Source: an uncultured virus (IMG/VR IMGVR_UViG_3300028591_000162) (taxonomy: Duplodnaviria; Heunggongvirae; Uroviricota; Caudoviricetes). Taken from it: DNA of 64,000 nt. The notes under the pieces were generated by a model that did no database searches, was not told the DNA's origin, and saw only the letters and a program-made list of their open reading frames with translations. The stretch's first letter is position 1; every line of letters begins with the position of its first letter. Below, piece after piece: positions 45,009 to 59,000 of the stretch. The DNA lies in the IMG/VR virus record IMGVR_UViG_3300028591_000162. One strand, given 5' to 3'. Both the position numbers and the translations under genes were made by a program.

Positions 45009-46982
45009 TTATGCTGCCATACCCATAGTTCTTTGTAACAACTTCATTGTTTCGGGGTTCACGCCTTGCTGTATCTGCTGCATAAGTTCGGGCGACAAGC
45101 CTTCCGGCACCTTTCCCTGCTCCAACTGCTCCTTTTGGCTCTTGATGTTCTGAAGCAATGCGTCGGCAAATGGGAAGTTTCCTGCTTGCAGCATCTGTTC
45201 AAGGCTGATAGCCTGTTTCTCAAACAACTGCATGAGGAAATCATTTGCCATTGCACGATATGCTGGTGTGGCTTGGCTTGGTACTACGCTGATGTCCATT
45301 TCAACGTCGCGTATCTTCATCGGGTCGTAAACCACTTGCATACCTGCACGACCAGCAATATTGAACGTCCGCTTTTGGTCGTAGAACTGCTGAATGTTCT
45401 TCACGTCCTTATATGCAGCGTCACGCACAAACTCTTGGAAACTGTCAAGCAAGTCAAGCAATGAAGTGGTGGCGTTCTGTGTCTGCTGGTTGTAGAGTGC
45501 TGCACTCATGCCAGCGTAACCGGGCTTACCTTGCAATGCGCCGTTGACACCGCTGATGTCCTCAAAGAACTTCAGCATCAAGTTCAACATTTCATGTATG
45601 CCGATGTTTGTAGAGTTGTTAGATACCTGCGTCGGTACTGCGCCTGTCTTGCTCGGCGTATAGACAACAACACCGTTGAACCTTGCCCATGTGTCTGCAA
45701 ATTCTTCGGGCGACATGCCTTTAGGTATGCACTCGTCAGGAATAAGCAACACTCCCTTTGCGCTGGCTCTGATAACCCAGTCGTTAAGTGTGATAAGGCG
45801 GTTGGTGTAACGCTGCTGGTCTATCACGTCAGAGACGAATGAATGTATCTCACCGTCGATGAATGGGTATGCCTTGAACACGTAAGGATGGCTCTTGTGT
45901 TCGTAAGGCGTTTCACCCTCTGCCAAGATGTCACCAAGCGGACTGAGGAAGTAGTAGTACCAGTAACTATCCATGAACCACTCGGCTTTGATGAACGGTA
46001 TTTCATTGTATGGAATTCCATTGCGCTGTGCCTGTTCCATGCGCTTCATGTTCTCGGCTTGTACCATAGTGCTGTAATCCTCAATGTCTATCTTGAAGAT
46101 GTCACCATTGTTGTAGTCATGGCAGCGGTATCTCGGTTTGCTCTCCTTGCGCCACACCTCAATAACACGGCATCGGCTTTCGTCTCGCGGTGTGAGGAAG
46201 TCGGTGTTTATCCAGTCACGGCTATAGCCAAACTCCTCCCATGCGTGTATGCTTGCGCCTTTGTCTCGCGCCTGTCGATAGATTTCTGCCAAACGCGCAT
46301 AATCGTCGGGCGACTTGGCAAACTGCTCGCATACCTGCCCGAAACTGACATCGTGTATCTCACCAACAAAAGAACAGTCCCATGCACGGAAGTCGCGCAT
46401 ATTGTTGTCGATGAAGAAATTGTTTGGCTGCACATAGTCAGTCCAGCACTCCATCTTGTCATTGCGCCAGCCGTACCACTTACGATGTGCCACCATACCG
46501 CTAATCAGATACTCCTCCATACTTCGGGCATAGAGTTCCGTCATGCGGTTCAACTGCATGTTGTATTGCAGTACGGTACTCATTGTTTCTGCCTGTTGCT
46601 GCTCGTCGCGGTCGCGAGCCGTGCAAGTAGGTTCGGTGGCTTGGCTACGGTACACACCAATCACGTTACGCACAAGCCTACGGATGAGGTTGGTCTTCAA
46701 TGGTATATTCCCCTGCGAGAGGATATACTGCTCCTCTGTCATCTTCTTGCCGTCAACACATACCACGTCGCCCCACTGGTCGCCGTAGTTGTAACGCTTG
46801 TTACGCTCCCTGTCCTTGCGGAAGCGGTACATTGCATTGTAGTAGTTCTGCGCCTCGATAAGTATCTCCTGCGCACGCGCACGGTCACCATGACACTGCA
46901 ACCGGCTACGCTTTACGCTGTCGGCTTCATCGTTCTCATTTGGAACGAGTACCTTGCTAAGCCTATGTAGTACGATTTCCAT
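45009..46982 (-). CDS. Portal protein
   Basis: 657 aa upstream of terL; GDQW, NLIRRLV, IDQQRYTN, ISGVNGALQG (P22-like portal pattern). Confidence 0.8.
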   Translation of the reverse strand: MEIVLHRLSKVLVPNENDEADSVKRSRLQCHGDRARAQEILIEAQNYYNAMYRFRKDRERNKRYNYGDQWGDVVCVDGKKMTEEQYILSQGNIPLKTNLIRRLVRNVIGVYRSQATEPTCTARDRDEQQQAETMSTVLQYNMQLNRMTELYARSMEEYLISGMVAHRKWYGWRNDKMECWTDYVQPNNFFIDNNMRDFRAWDCSFVGEIHDVSFGQVCEQFAKSPDDYARLAEIYRQARDKGASIHAWEEFGYSRDWINTDFLTPRDESRCRVIEVWRKESKPRYRCHDYNNGDIFKIDIEDYSTMVQAENMKRMEQAQRNGIPYNEIPFIKAEWFMDSYWYYYFLSPLGDILAEGETPYEHKSHPYVFKAYPFIDGEIHSFVSDVIDQQRYTNRLITLNDWVIRASAKGVLLIPDECIPKGMSPEEFADTWARFNGVVVYTPSKTGAVPTQVSNNSTNIGIHEMLNLMLKFFEDISGVNGALQGKPGYAGMSAALYNQQTQNATTSLLDLLDSFQEFVRDAAYKDVKNIQQFYDQKRTFNIAGRAGMQVVYDPMKIRDVEMDISVVPSQATPAYRAMANDFLMQLFEKQAISLEQMLQAGNFPFADALLQNIKSQKEQLEQGKVPEGLSPELMQQIQQGVNPETMKLLQRTMGMAA

Positions 46983-47007
46983 ATCTGTTACTTTTGTTAT
47001 GTGTCGG

Positions 47008-47049
47008 CAAAGTTAAACCCTGCCGACACTTTTTCTCCGTTATCTATTG
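47008..47049 (-). promoter_or_regulatory. Putative late promoter CAATAGATAAC-N23-TAACTTTG (portal-terminase)
   Basis: Conserved motif and spacing. Confidence 0.7.
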
Positions 47050-50000
47050 GGTTGCTGCATTGGAACATACTTTTGAGTAAACTCCTGCATAACATTTCCA
47101 AGATTACCCATAGCCTCCGCACGTGTGGCAGCATCAGGTGCATCAAGCACTTTCACCATTGCCGATTTGTAGTCGAGGACTGCCTGTCTGCACAATGCAG
47201 CTTCATCGGGTGTCTTGGCTCCAAGATAGAACTTCACTATTTTATTGAAGTTACCGTCCATCTGCTTGAACATCTGATAGGTTGCAAAGGCGTTGGGGTC
47301 ACTCTGTGCATCAGCCATCAGTTGTGCTGCCTCTACATAATCGGTCTTCGCCGTTTTCTTGGCTTCTTTCACCTTGGCATCGACACCCTTATACACTTCC
47401 TCGTATTGCAGGTAGGCTTCATTCACTTTGTCGTCGCCCATCTGCTCGGTGCGCTCCTTGATGGTCTTGTTTGCCTTGTCGGTAAACTTCTTGATACGCT
47501 CCTCGTCACCCCATGACCAAGGAGAGAAGAAACGTCCACGCTTCACCTTGAACTGGGCATAACGCTCTGCAAGTTGTGCAGGGGTGTACTTGCTCACTTC
47601 GTCACCGCTCAAACCAACCTCGTCGAAATACATCTTGTCGATTTGGCTCTGCGGTACTTGCAAGATGCGAGAAATACAGATGGTTGCCTCGTGTGCCAGT
47701 GTTGGGTCGTCACCACAAGCGTCCATGATAGACAGGGCTACGTCGGTAATGCTCTGTGGGTTCACACCGAGACCTGCTTGAACAATGAGGTTTATCATGT
47801 CGTTCAAAGCCTCGGTATGCTGACCGTTGCCCAACTTTTGGAACGCTGCCATGATGTCACTCGTCAATGGCATGTCCTTACTCAGATAGGCAGGATTGCC
47901 CTCACCAGTTAGCATCATCTGTCCTGCCTGGCTCATCAAGTCGCCACCTGTCAGACCCTCGACACTGCCAAATGCGGTGTGCGCCCATACATCATCCCAC
48001 ATCTTCTGCTTCTCGTCTTCATCGTCGCCGAACAGCAGATAGGGCAGGTATGCACCCAAGTTCCATGCAAACTGCATAATGTAGCCGAATGTGGCAACGC
48101 GCAGGGTGTCTTTCAGCAACTGCCGTCTGAACTTACGCTTGGCAACCTGCTCCTCACGTTGCCAATCAGCGTCTGACCAATTACCGTCTTTTTGTGGCTC
48201 AATACCCTTGTCACGCAACAGCTGCTTTGTCATAAACTCGATGCTTCTTGCTCGCCCTCCCGGTGTGAGGTTGTGTTTGAAGTTGCGGAATGCGTCGTGT
48301 AACTGTCGCTGATAAGACATAGAGGCATTGCGGAACACCGTGAACAACACGGACAACCAAGACCTATCAACCTGCATCGTCGAGGTAAATGCGCCCTCGC
48401 TTGACTGCTGGGTCTGATTGTAAAGCACCTCTGCATCCTGCACGGCTTTTTTCTCGGCATCGGCTTCGCTGTAACCATCACGCAGGTACTGGGCGAGGCG
48501 TGTCTGATACATCGAATGTGCGCCGATGCTGACAGTTAGAGCATCAACAAAAGCATTAGGCGACATACCTGCACGGCTTGCAAGTTGCATGAGGCGAGTG
48601 CGCCACATCTTCCAGTCCATATCTGATTTCAACAGACGTGGGTCGCCACTCATACGGCTACGCCAACGTTCGCTGAAAATTGGCAGATGCTCCATGCTCC
48701 ATTTCCATGCTCCTACAGGGTTGGCAATGTTCCTCAACAAGTAGTCTGTTCTTGCTTCGGGAATGTATGCCGGCATGGAAAGGAACTGCTTTAGGGCTGT
48801 GAACATTCTGAACGACACCTTTGCAGCCGTTACACCCTTGGCGAAGTTCACTGCGGCTTCATCCAACTTGGTACGCGGCGGTCTGTAGGTTCCTGCTGCC
48901 ATTTGGCAAACGTCGTTAAATTTCTTCCACAACTCTTTACCACTGCCGTAGATGGTGGTCATGTTCTGCACTTGGTTACGGAAACGCTTGTAGGTGCGTA
49001 GCGTGTTGATGTCACGGTTAAACTCTGCAAAGGCGTTCCAGTGTTCCATCTGTGCCACATGGTCAAGTATCACGCTTAATGCGTCTGCACCTGTAATGTC
49101 AAGGGCAAGGGCATTGCGTCTGCGCTTGATAATGCTGCCAGTAGCGGTGCTGATGCCATCACTCTTGTCGGGGTTGTCAAGGTCTTCGGGCTTATCGGCA
49201 CGGGCATTGGCAAGTATCTTCAATGGAAAGTAATGCTCAATAGCGGCCATGGAAGCACCGAACATTCTCTTGTGCGTCTCGTTGTACTCGTTGCGCGTCT
49301 GCACAAGGAACTCGTCTTGCAGCCAGTCGGCAAGTTCTATCAATCGTGGGTCAAGCACTTCTTCGATGTCTGCCACATTCTCCTCGGTGATACCCATCTT
49401 GCGCAACTTCATACGTCCGTCAAGCATCTTGTTCACCATGTAGATATACATGAGGTTGCCTTGCGTCAGTTCGCGCTCCTGCATTTCACCACCGTTCCAA
49501 AACGACACTGTGCCTTTTGGCAGTTTGCCGACGCGACGGATAAGGTCGCCCCACGTCTTCACCTTGCCACCGAACAACTCTGCGGCTTTGGCATCAAGGA
49601 TGGCGTATTTGTCGCGCACACCGTTTATTTCTTGCTGACGTGCATCAATCCAGCCTCTCATGAAGCGGTTATACAGGTAGCCCTCGCCGTTGGCACTCTT
49701 GCTTCCGAACATTCTCAACATCTGGTCAAAGGTGGCGAGAGGAGCAAACAGGAACGATACAAATGAGTTGTTGACGAACTTGTCAGCAAATGTCGGCTTA
49801 TAATGTTCGTCGCTCGGTCTGCCCTCCATGTCGCTGTTGGCATTGTGCTGTATCTCACGGATGCGCTGTTTCTCGGCTTCCTTGAAGTCCTTGGCGTTGG
49901 CAATGCTCTCGCGGAGGCTGTCAGATAACCTGCCTACAAGGTCGAAGTAACTCTGCGCTCTCTCAATCTTGTTCTGACGGATAGCCTCTTGCAGACTGGC

Positions 50001-53000
50001 AATGTACTGGCGGTAACTGTCGGTGGCACGGTCGCGCTCACTGGCATCGTCATGTGCCTGTTTGATTTCCTCACGCAGTTTGCGCTCCTCTACCTTGCTG
50101 TCCTTGATGTTCTCGGCATACTCCAGTGCAAGTTGCAGTCCTGTGTACTCCAATGCTGCTTCATCGGCTACTGCCACATCGCTGCTGCCCATACGCTGCT
50201 GTGCCTCGCTGATGGCTTCCTCGATGTCGGTCTTCTCCCATCCGCGTGTCTTCTTAAACACTTTCATGGTGTGCGCTCCGGCTGGGTCGAGTTGACCTTG
50301 CACCTCAACACCTCTTGCATCTACTTTGCTGCCTCTGATGGCTTCAAGTTCGTGCAGGGTGTCCTCGGCGTGCTTCAACTGATTGTCCACCATGATGTCC
50401 ATCACCTTTTGCACATCACCCTCGATGTCATTGTGTCCTACGCTGTTCTTTACGGCTGCAAGCAAGCGTTTCACTTCCTGCTGAGTCAGTCCGTTCAGAT
50501 AGCCGTTATTCATCAGCACACGCGCAAGGTCGGCGACACGTTTCACGGTGGTCATGTCAAAGGTACGCTGGAGGCTCATTGCCTTGCGCAAGTCGGAGAG
50601 GTTGCCACCGATGGCACGCATGGCATCATTGCGCAACGTCTTGTTGTCACGGTGATTGTTAGCCAGTCGGGTTGCTGCTGCCGTGATACGCTCCTGCAAA
50701 CCTAAACTTTGGTCGTTCCAAATGTCTTCCGTCTCGTCCGGGTCACGGTACAAATCGGTACTTTCGTCGGCAATTTTGCTCTCATCAAGTATTTTTTTGC
50801 CACCATCATGCTTTTTTTCAAAATCTTTTAGTAACTTTGCAACGTGAACGTAGCCATTGGCGCGTTTGCTACCATTCGGGGTGTTTGGCGTTTCTTCGTC
50901 AAACACCTCGATTTCTGTTACTTGGTATGTTGATGGACGTGCACTAAGATGTGTCTCACGATACTCCTTAATCTTCGAAATTACACGATAAGTTTTTCCA
51001 TCGATACGAACTGCACCGATGAAACGATGTATCAGGACATTGTTGTTTACACCTTTGCTTATGTCACGCACTCCGTTTATTTTGGGAACATCTGGGTCTT
51101 CTTCATACTCGATACTTCCGTTAATAACTTCATGTAATTTGTCCAATACAGCAGCATGAACACCAACATTGTCGCTCTTTGTATGATGCTGCACTAAACT
51201 TTTCAAAGCCTTTGGAGTAATTTCGTAGAAGAAAGAAATGCCATAGTTATTGTAGTATTGCGGTATTGCTTCCCACTTTGGTGTTCCGTCTTCATTTGTT
51301 CCAACTTGTTTGTTGTAACGTTCTATTGCAGCATCACGTGCTTGGTCAAGAATGTTGCGACCTTTATACTGGTGACGTGGCACATCAACCACTTTCACCT
51401 GTGCATCATTAAGACCAGGCATAACCGTTCCCTTATTCTCTGCGGCTCGTCTCTGACGTGCCTTGAATGTTTCGGGAGCATCGCCCATGTTGTAACGTGC
51501 CTCGTCTGTCAGCCCAAGTTCCTCACGCTTCACGATGTCACGCGCAAGGTCTATTGGGTGTTCCTTGCCACGCTCCAAATGCTCCTTGCTGCGCCACAAG
51601 ATGTAACGCAGTTCGTTGTCGCCAAGTTCAAACCACTTCGGCAACTTCAATGAGCCAAGGAACTTGTCAAGCAATCTGCGGACGGTGGCTTTGATTTTCT
51701 GCCATAAGGTACGCTCGCCCTCACTGAACTCCTCAAACGGTTTCTCTGCCATGCGTCCAAACAACTCGTCAACAGCGGTGCGTCTGTGCTGCTCGTAACT
51801 CTTGGCACGCTTTCCGTTCTTGGTGGCATCATCGACAAAGGCACGACCTGCTGCAGCATCAACGCCTTTCTTCAAGTCGTCGCGCAAATGCTGATAGGTC
51901 TCGTCAAGGAACTCGTCATAGTTTTCTTCACCGACAAGTTCACGCAAACCCTTGTGGGCAATGGTCTCATGTCCGACACTGGCTTTCACATCGTCAATGT
52001 TTTTGTTATTGTCAAGAACGATGTTCACCTGTCCTGTGGCTGTGTCATACCAACCTTTGGACTTGCGCCTACGCTCTTGCACCGCTGCATTGGGGTGTGT
52101 GATTTCGTTCACGTCCTCAATGATATTGATGTTCGTGTGCAGTTTTTCACCCATCTGCAGAACGGCACTGCGCATCATGTCGCGGTCTTCCTGCATGGTA
52201 CGCTTCACCTTGGCGTTAAGTGCTTCCACCTGTTCGTCAGTGATGGCACCAGCCTGTCGCTGTTGAGGCTCACGACCTGCGGCTTCTACCATTGCATCAA
52301 CCTCACTCGGTTTAAGAATGCGGTTTACTTTCATGGCACCAGTGATAACCCAAGGGTCTGTGTTCGGGTCGGGATTGGTGCGATACCTGTATGAGCCGTT
52401 TTCGGGCAGTCGTGGCAGACCTGCAAGCGAGTGTTGGAACTTTCCGCTTGCGTTCATGCCGTAACTCATGGCTTCCTCTTGGTAGTCCACATCGTTCGCA
52501 TACTCCACCTCTGCCCACACAAAGTTTGCAGGGAACAACTCACGCTGTCCTGTTTCGGGGTTCATGCGGTTGAACTGGAGTGCATAAGGTATCTCGCCCA
52601 AGTGCCAACCGGGACGGTATGCCAACTTGCCGCTACCTCCCTGTGTTCCCTTGCCACCTGCCTTAACCTGCTGGCGACCTGTCTTTGTAACACCTGCAAC
52701 TGGGGCTGCATCTGCATCAAGCCATACACCTACAGGGGTAGCCTCACCGTTCGGGTTTGCTACCATAGGAGGATAAAGTTTGCCGTCTTTCAACACAAAC
52801 ACCTTATAGCCGATACCTGTCTTTGTAGGTGGCTCGTCCTCGCGGATGCGGTACTTTGCGGTGTCCTCTGTTATATCGTCGCTGTCTTCGTCGGAAAGTT
52901 GTACGCCCTTTGCTGCTTCAACAGAAGCATCCATTTCTGCATACTTGGCTTCTTTCTCTGCCATTTCCGCTTTCATCAGTTCCTCATACTCGGCAAGTTT

Positions 53001-56000
53001 CTCTTTGGCTTGCTTCAACTCGTCGGCATACTCAAACGGTTTGCCGTCACGCGCCTCTACTTGCTGCAACTCACCTTTGTATCTTTCTGCGGCTCTATCG
53101 GCATACTCTGCCTTTTCGCGGAAATCATCACCGCTCAACACGTTTTCAAGAATGTCCTCCAGCGCAGACTTCAAACGCTGACCATCTACTGGCACGTCTT
53201 CAAGTCCGAGTTGCGGGCAGGAATATGTCATTTGAGTTTTAGAGAAGAATGACAATGAGAGTTGTCCTTTCTCCTGCTTCTGCTCTTTGGTGATAACACG
53301 ATGGATATGGAAGTCAAAGCCTCCGACGCTAACAGTGAGGTCGCTCTTGGCTTCGGCTTGATAACCCGATGCTGTGCGTACCTGCTCCTGCTGCTCGCGC
53401 TGCTTACTGTTGTAGTCCTTGATATAGTCGCCCATTGCGTCGAGTGATGGGAATTTCATCTTGCCGATGGTGATACCATCATTCTTTGCAGCCTCAACTT
53501 TGGCAAGGGCTTCCTTGTTGCGCTTTGCTCGTTCCTCACTATCCTTAATGAGTGCTTTCAGACGTGGCTTCTGATTGTGAACGTATGTTTGGTCGGCTTC
53601 CCACTGTTTCTTGCGTGCCTCCAACTTCTTCACTTCTTTCTCCACTTGGTTCTTCAGCAGAGCGTACTGGCTACCCGACAACTGAGCCGTGATGTCGCCG
53701 AACAGGTCTTGTTCCTCCTCCAGCACACGGTTCTCCATCGAGTTGCTCATCATCTTCTTGCCCTCCATGATGCTGTCGGCTATCGCGCCTTTGGTCTTCA
53801 AACGCTGGTAGGCAGTAACGTCGAGGCTGTCTTCAACACCGAAACGGAGTACACGGACAGGTATTCCCCATTCGTTATGCAGGTTGCCTTGGCGCAATAT
53901 GCGACCGTTACGCTGCGTGTAGTCCATTGGACGGTTTGGTGCATCAACATGGATGAGGGTGTGCAGACGCTCTTGAATGTTCACACCAGTACCAAGCGTA
54001 AAGGTGCTGCCCATGATAACACGGACTTCACCACGGTTCACCTTGTCGAAGATTTCAAGTTTCTTCTTGATGCTCATGCCGGACTTCATCACAACAACTT
54101 GGGCTTCGGGTACACCTGCATCAATGAGTTTCTTGCGAATGTCCTCATAAAGGTTAAAGCCTGTCGCTTTGTTCTGATAGTTGTCCGCAAAGATGGCAAC
54201 AGTGCCGTTATATTCCTTGGTGTCTTCAAGACTGCGAAGTGTCTGACGCACGGCTTCATTGGTCTTGCTGTTCGGCTCGTCTGCTGCATCTTCAAGTACA
54301 AGACGTGCATCAACGGCAGCGGCTTTGGCAATACCATACATGACAAGAGGAATGTGACTGTTCTCTTTCTTCTCCTTGCCACTCATCTTCTCGTAATCGT
54401 CGAGTTGGTCTTTCACGAACTTCATCACACCACGCAGGGCTTTTGTCTGTGGCAGATAGATGTCCTGTGCCTTTTCACCGTCCATCTTTGGTATCTTGTC
54501 GCTCACGCCTCCTGCCTCACGGGTCAGCACGGTGTCGGCGACACCTGCCCATATACGCACAAGTTCGGGGAGGTTTACATAACCTGCAAAGCGGTTATTC
54601 TCCTTATACTTGCCGTTGGTGGAAAATTCCAGCATCTGCTGGATATTGCCGAAGTTGCGCACAAAGTCGTCGAAATAATAGATGCCGTACTCGCGCATGG
54701 TGTCGGCTGGCATGAGATAGCGCATGAACGTCCATATCTCGGCTGCGGTGTTGCTGATAGGCGTACCAGTGGCAAACACCACATTCTTGCCGTTTTTGTT
54801 CTCCAGCACGGCTTGCGTCTTCAGATATACACCTTGCGACTTCTTGCTATATGATGGGTCAACACCTTTCACACCGCGCTGCATAGCAGTGGCAAAGCCG
54901 AGGTGCTTATATTCGTGTGCCTCGTCAATGAGCAAGGCATCAATACCCATATCATCGAAGTTGGCAACATCGTCAGTCTCGCGGTCGAGCATTTCCTGTG
55001 CCTTGACCATCGCGTTCTGCCTTGTCTTGGCTTCGCGCTTCTCGTCCTTTTCGGTCTTGCCACCTGCCTTACGCTCCTGCAATGCCAGTTTGAGGTCGTT
55101 CAGTTCGTCGTTGAGTTGGTCTAACTCGCGCTGGGCTTGGCGCAATACTGGGTCGCGGTCGTCATTGGCGGCTTCGCGCATTTTCTCCAGTACCATCATC
55201 TTCTCTTCCACCTTGTCCTCGATAAAGCGGATTTGACGCTCCTCGCTGTCGGGGATGCGCTCAAACACAGACTGAGGCACCACAATCATGTCCCAATCGT
55301 TGTAACGTATCTTGGCATAGAAGTTACGTCTTCCCTCGGCGTTGCGGTCTGCATCTTCAAGGGTCAGTATCTTGGCATTGGGGTAGAGTGCCTTTGCACT
55401 GGCGACAAACTGTCCTACGGTAGCGTTCTGCACAACAATCATTGGCTTGCGTGCTGTACCAAGACGGCGCATTTCCATTGCTGTGCTGATGAGGGTGTAT
55501 GTCTTACCTGTACCGACTTCATGAGCCAGCATCAGCGGTTGTGTCGTTGCACGGATAACGGCTTTTGCCTGGTGCGGACGCAACTTGAATGGTTTACCAT
55601 TAACAACGGTGGCTGCACCTCCGAAATGCTCCGGCACAAACTCGTCGGGAATTTCCTTTGGTACGCTGTTGTTGAACAGTTCATTATAGACACGCTCCAT
55701 GCGTTCCGACATTTCGGGGTCGCCCTGCATCTTGCCACGCGCCCAGTCTTTGAAGTCTTGGCGTATCTCGTCAATCTTGTTGGCACAAGCCATCGTCGCC
55801 TCTTTGTCCACAATCGTCTCGGTGGTCTTACTGCTTCCGTAGCCTGTGGAAATAGTCTTGGTAACGCTGATACTCTTGCAGGTGATAGCAGCTTTGATAA
55901 GTTCATGTCCGTAGATGGTCTTGTCACACTTCTCACTGATAACGCCCATTGCCCTGTTCTGCTCGGTGTTCGTATAGTATGGCTCACTCATTATCCATGT

Positions 56001-59000
56001 GCCACCTGCATTTGTCAACTTCACGTCAAGCCCGGTGCGCTCCTTTACGAAATCTTCATATAGTTTTGGCTCAACCCATGACGAGCCAAGTGTAAACTCT
56101 ATGAGGTGTGCAGGAATGTTCATCGGGATAACACGCTCCAGTGCTTTGATGTTTGCATCATAACGTCCGTCCGTGTTGTTCTCTTGGGCTTGGCGCAACT
56201 TCTCACGAACATTGCCACTGAGATATTCATACGACACTTCCATTTCGGTTGTGGTCGGGTTCTCGAAGCCAAGTCCACTTTCAATAATCTGCTGGCGCAC
56301 ATCGCTGTCGCTCATGTTCAACTGCTCGGCGATATATGGAACATCGACACGTCCGTTAAGATAGATGCTGGCAATGATGCCGTCTTTAATGGTTGTCGGC
56401 TTCGGCTCGCTCTCGGTCTCCACGACACGACGACTGAAAATGTCAGTCTTGCCGTAGGTAACAATACGCTTTCCGCTCTTGTCGCCTGTCTCACTCACAC
56501 TTTCCAATGCGGCAATACTTGGGTAATCCATATCGCTGCGCAGGAAAGAAATGGAAGTATTCTTGTTCAGATGTCCGTAGGTCTTGACAAAACTGTCGTA
56601 TGCCTTGTTCAACTTGGCAAGACGCTGTTGCAAACCGCTATCGTCGCTGTGGGTAGTCTGATACTCCAGCACGTCGGCAAGTGCATCCTTGATAGCCTTG
56701 TATGCGTTGAAACACTCTGCCTTGGTGTGTCCCTTAACCTTGTTGGCATTGACGTTGATAGGCACGGCTTTTCCTCTCTGTGCAAGACACAGATTGCCGT
56801 CGCTGTCAAGTAACATGCTGCCCTCCTTGACATCTTCACCCAAATCTTCATACACTACCTGCTGGCTCTCGCGCTCCTCTGCTTTATCCCAGTCCATATC
56901 CTTGAACTGCTGCGCCCACTCTGACAGACGCTGCTCTTGGTTGATGCTCGGACTTGGATAGAGTGCCTTGCTGGTTGCACGGTAGGTGTCACCTTTCTCA
57001 AATGCGAAAGCCATTTCACCTGCCATGTCTTCGGGATGCTCCACAAAGTGCTTGTTTACGTCAAGCGCAAGGTCTTTGACTATTACCTCACTGCTGCCAC
57101 GCTTTGTTTCACCTGTGTTGTACTTCACGGTGCGGATGGGCAGTGTGCCGCTCACGTCTATGGCGTTTGCACTCTTGCGACCATTCACGCGCTTGCGAAT
57201 GACAATAATATCAGAGGTTGCACCAGTACCACCGAATGTTTGGTTGTGCATACGGAAAGCACCGACAACATCTGCGCCTCCCTCATTTACCAACCATGTA
57301 CGGAGTTTTGCGGAGTTCGGGCTGTCAAGTGTTCCGCTTGACGTGATAAAGATGCCAACGCCTCCCTCTTTGAGTTTGCGCACATTCTTGGCAATACAGA
57401 AGTCGTGAATGTCATGGAACTTACGTGACAAATCCTTGTCGCCAGTCTCGTCCATCACACGCAAGCCTGTAACGAAAGGTACATTGGTGATAGCCAAATC
57501 AACACTTCCATTAGGAACAAATGTTTTCTCAAATCCTTTTACCTCTACATTGGCATCGGGATAGAGTAGTGAGAGAATGTTTCCTGTGGTCTCGTCAATC
57601 TCTACTGCATGAATATTGCTTCGTTCGCTCATGTCAGTAGGCATCAGACCGATAATGTTGCCGATACCGGCACTTCCCTCCAGTACGTTTCCTCCACGGA
57701 AGCCCATTGCTCGCGCAACGTCCCACATGGCATCAATAACTGGTGCTGGAGTATAATACGCACTGTTACGGCTCATGTTGGCGGCTTCGTATGCTTCGGG
57801 CGAAAGCAACTCACGCAGACGTTCGTTGATTGGGTTGGCTGGCTGGTAGTCGTCGCGCAAACGTGGGTTGTAGCCACTGTCACCGCTACTTACTTTCTCT
57901 TTGAAAGCAGCACCCAAGCCACCCCAACCACTGAACTTGCGAAGCACAGACATATCTTCGGGAGTGGCTGGCTCGCCGCTCTCGATAAGACGCTGCATCG
58001 TCTCGATAGCCTTTATGTTGGCTTCGATACGTGCGCTGGTGCCTTTAGGCGCGTAGTCTGTTCCGCGCTCGGCATGATTGTTATGGGTGTTCTTTCGCTC
58101 GCTCTCTGCAAGGGGTGCAGGTTCGGGCTTGGCTGGCTTTACATTTTGCTTGCCATCAGATAGTTCAGATACTCGCGAGCCTCCTGCGGTGTCAGACTTA
58201 GTATCGTTTCCACTACGTCTAACCACTCCTCCTGCGTCAGGTCGCTCATCTTCATTTTGTTTGCTCTCTCCCAACGGCTCATTCTGTTCGCGTTGGTGTC
58301 CTCTTTCTCGCTCGGTAGTGCTGGTGCGAGGTTGTACGTGTACTTCTTGCTCATTGCTCGTTGGTTTTAAGTCTTCACTGAACAAACCACTGAACAAATC
58401 GGGGATGGTTTGCTCCTGCAAAGATACTGATTTTTTCTTAGATTTACGCTCCTTTGACGGCTTTTCTTGCTGATTACCTGCATTTTCTGCTGCAATACGT
58501 TGTGCCATTGCAACGTAGTCCTCTGCCGGTAACCATTCTTGACACACACTTCTGATGCCTTGCAGCATCTGTGGCACGGTAACATCAACAGGGAAGAAGT
58601 TATTTGCACGTAGGTAATCACGTCCTCCGTTAGGTAGGTTCTTCTCTGGACGGAACATGATACCTTTCAGCACAAGGTTGTCGCGATTGTTTTCATAATC
58701 GGGTTCCAGCATGAAGTCGATATACAACTCCACGCCCTTGTCGCGGTTCAACATAAAGCGCATGGTAACATCACCACCTGCAGGTGCGATGTTTGCCGTC
58801 ACGCTCTTTTGCTTCTTGCCCTTGGTATCATACACAACAGGGTCGCTGATGCCGAGTTCCTTTGTCAGCGTCTTAAACAACTCTGTGACATTCTTCACGG
58901 CTTTCTTCTCGGCATTACGCATGTAGCCGTATGCCTCGTTGAAGTCGCTCTCCACTGGCTCTGCCTCATAGTAACCAAGCAATGCCAGTTGGTCGTTCAC

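Noticed and set aside
20939..47049. Late-promoter 11-mer as the target of the dCas12f guides
   Set aside because: None of the five spacers or the post-repeat sequences contains CAAAAGATAAC or its complement
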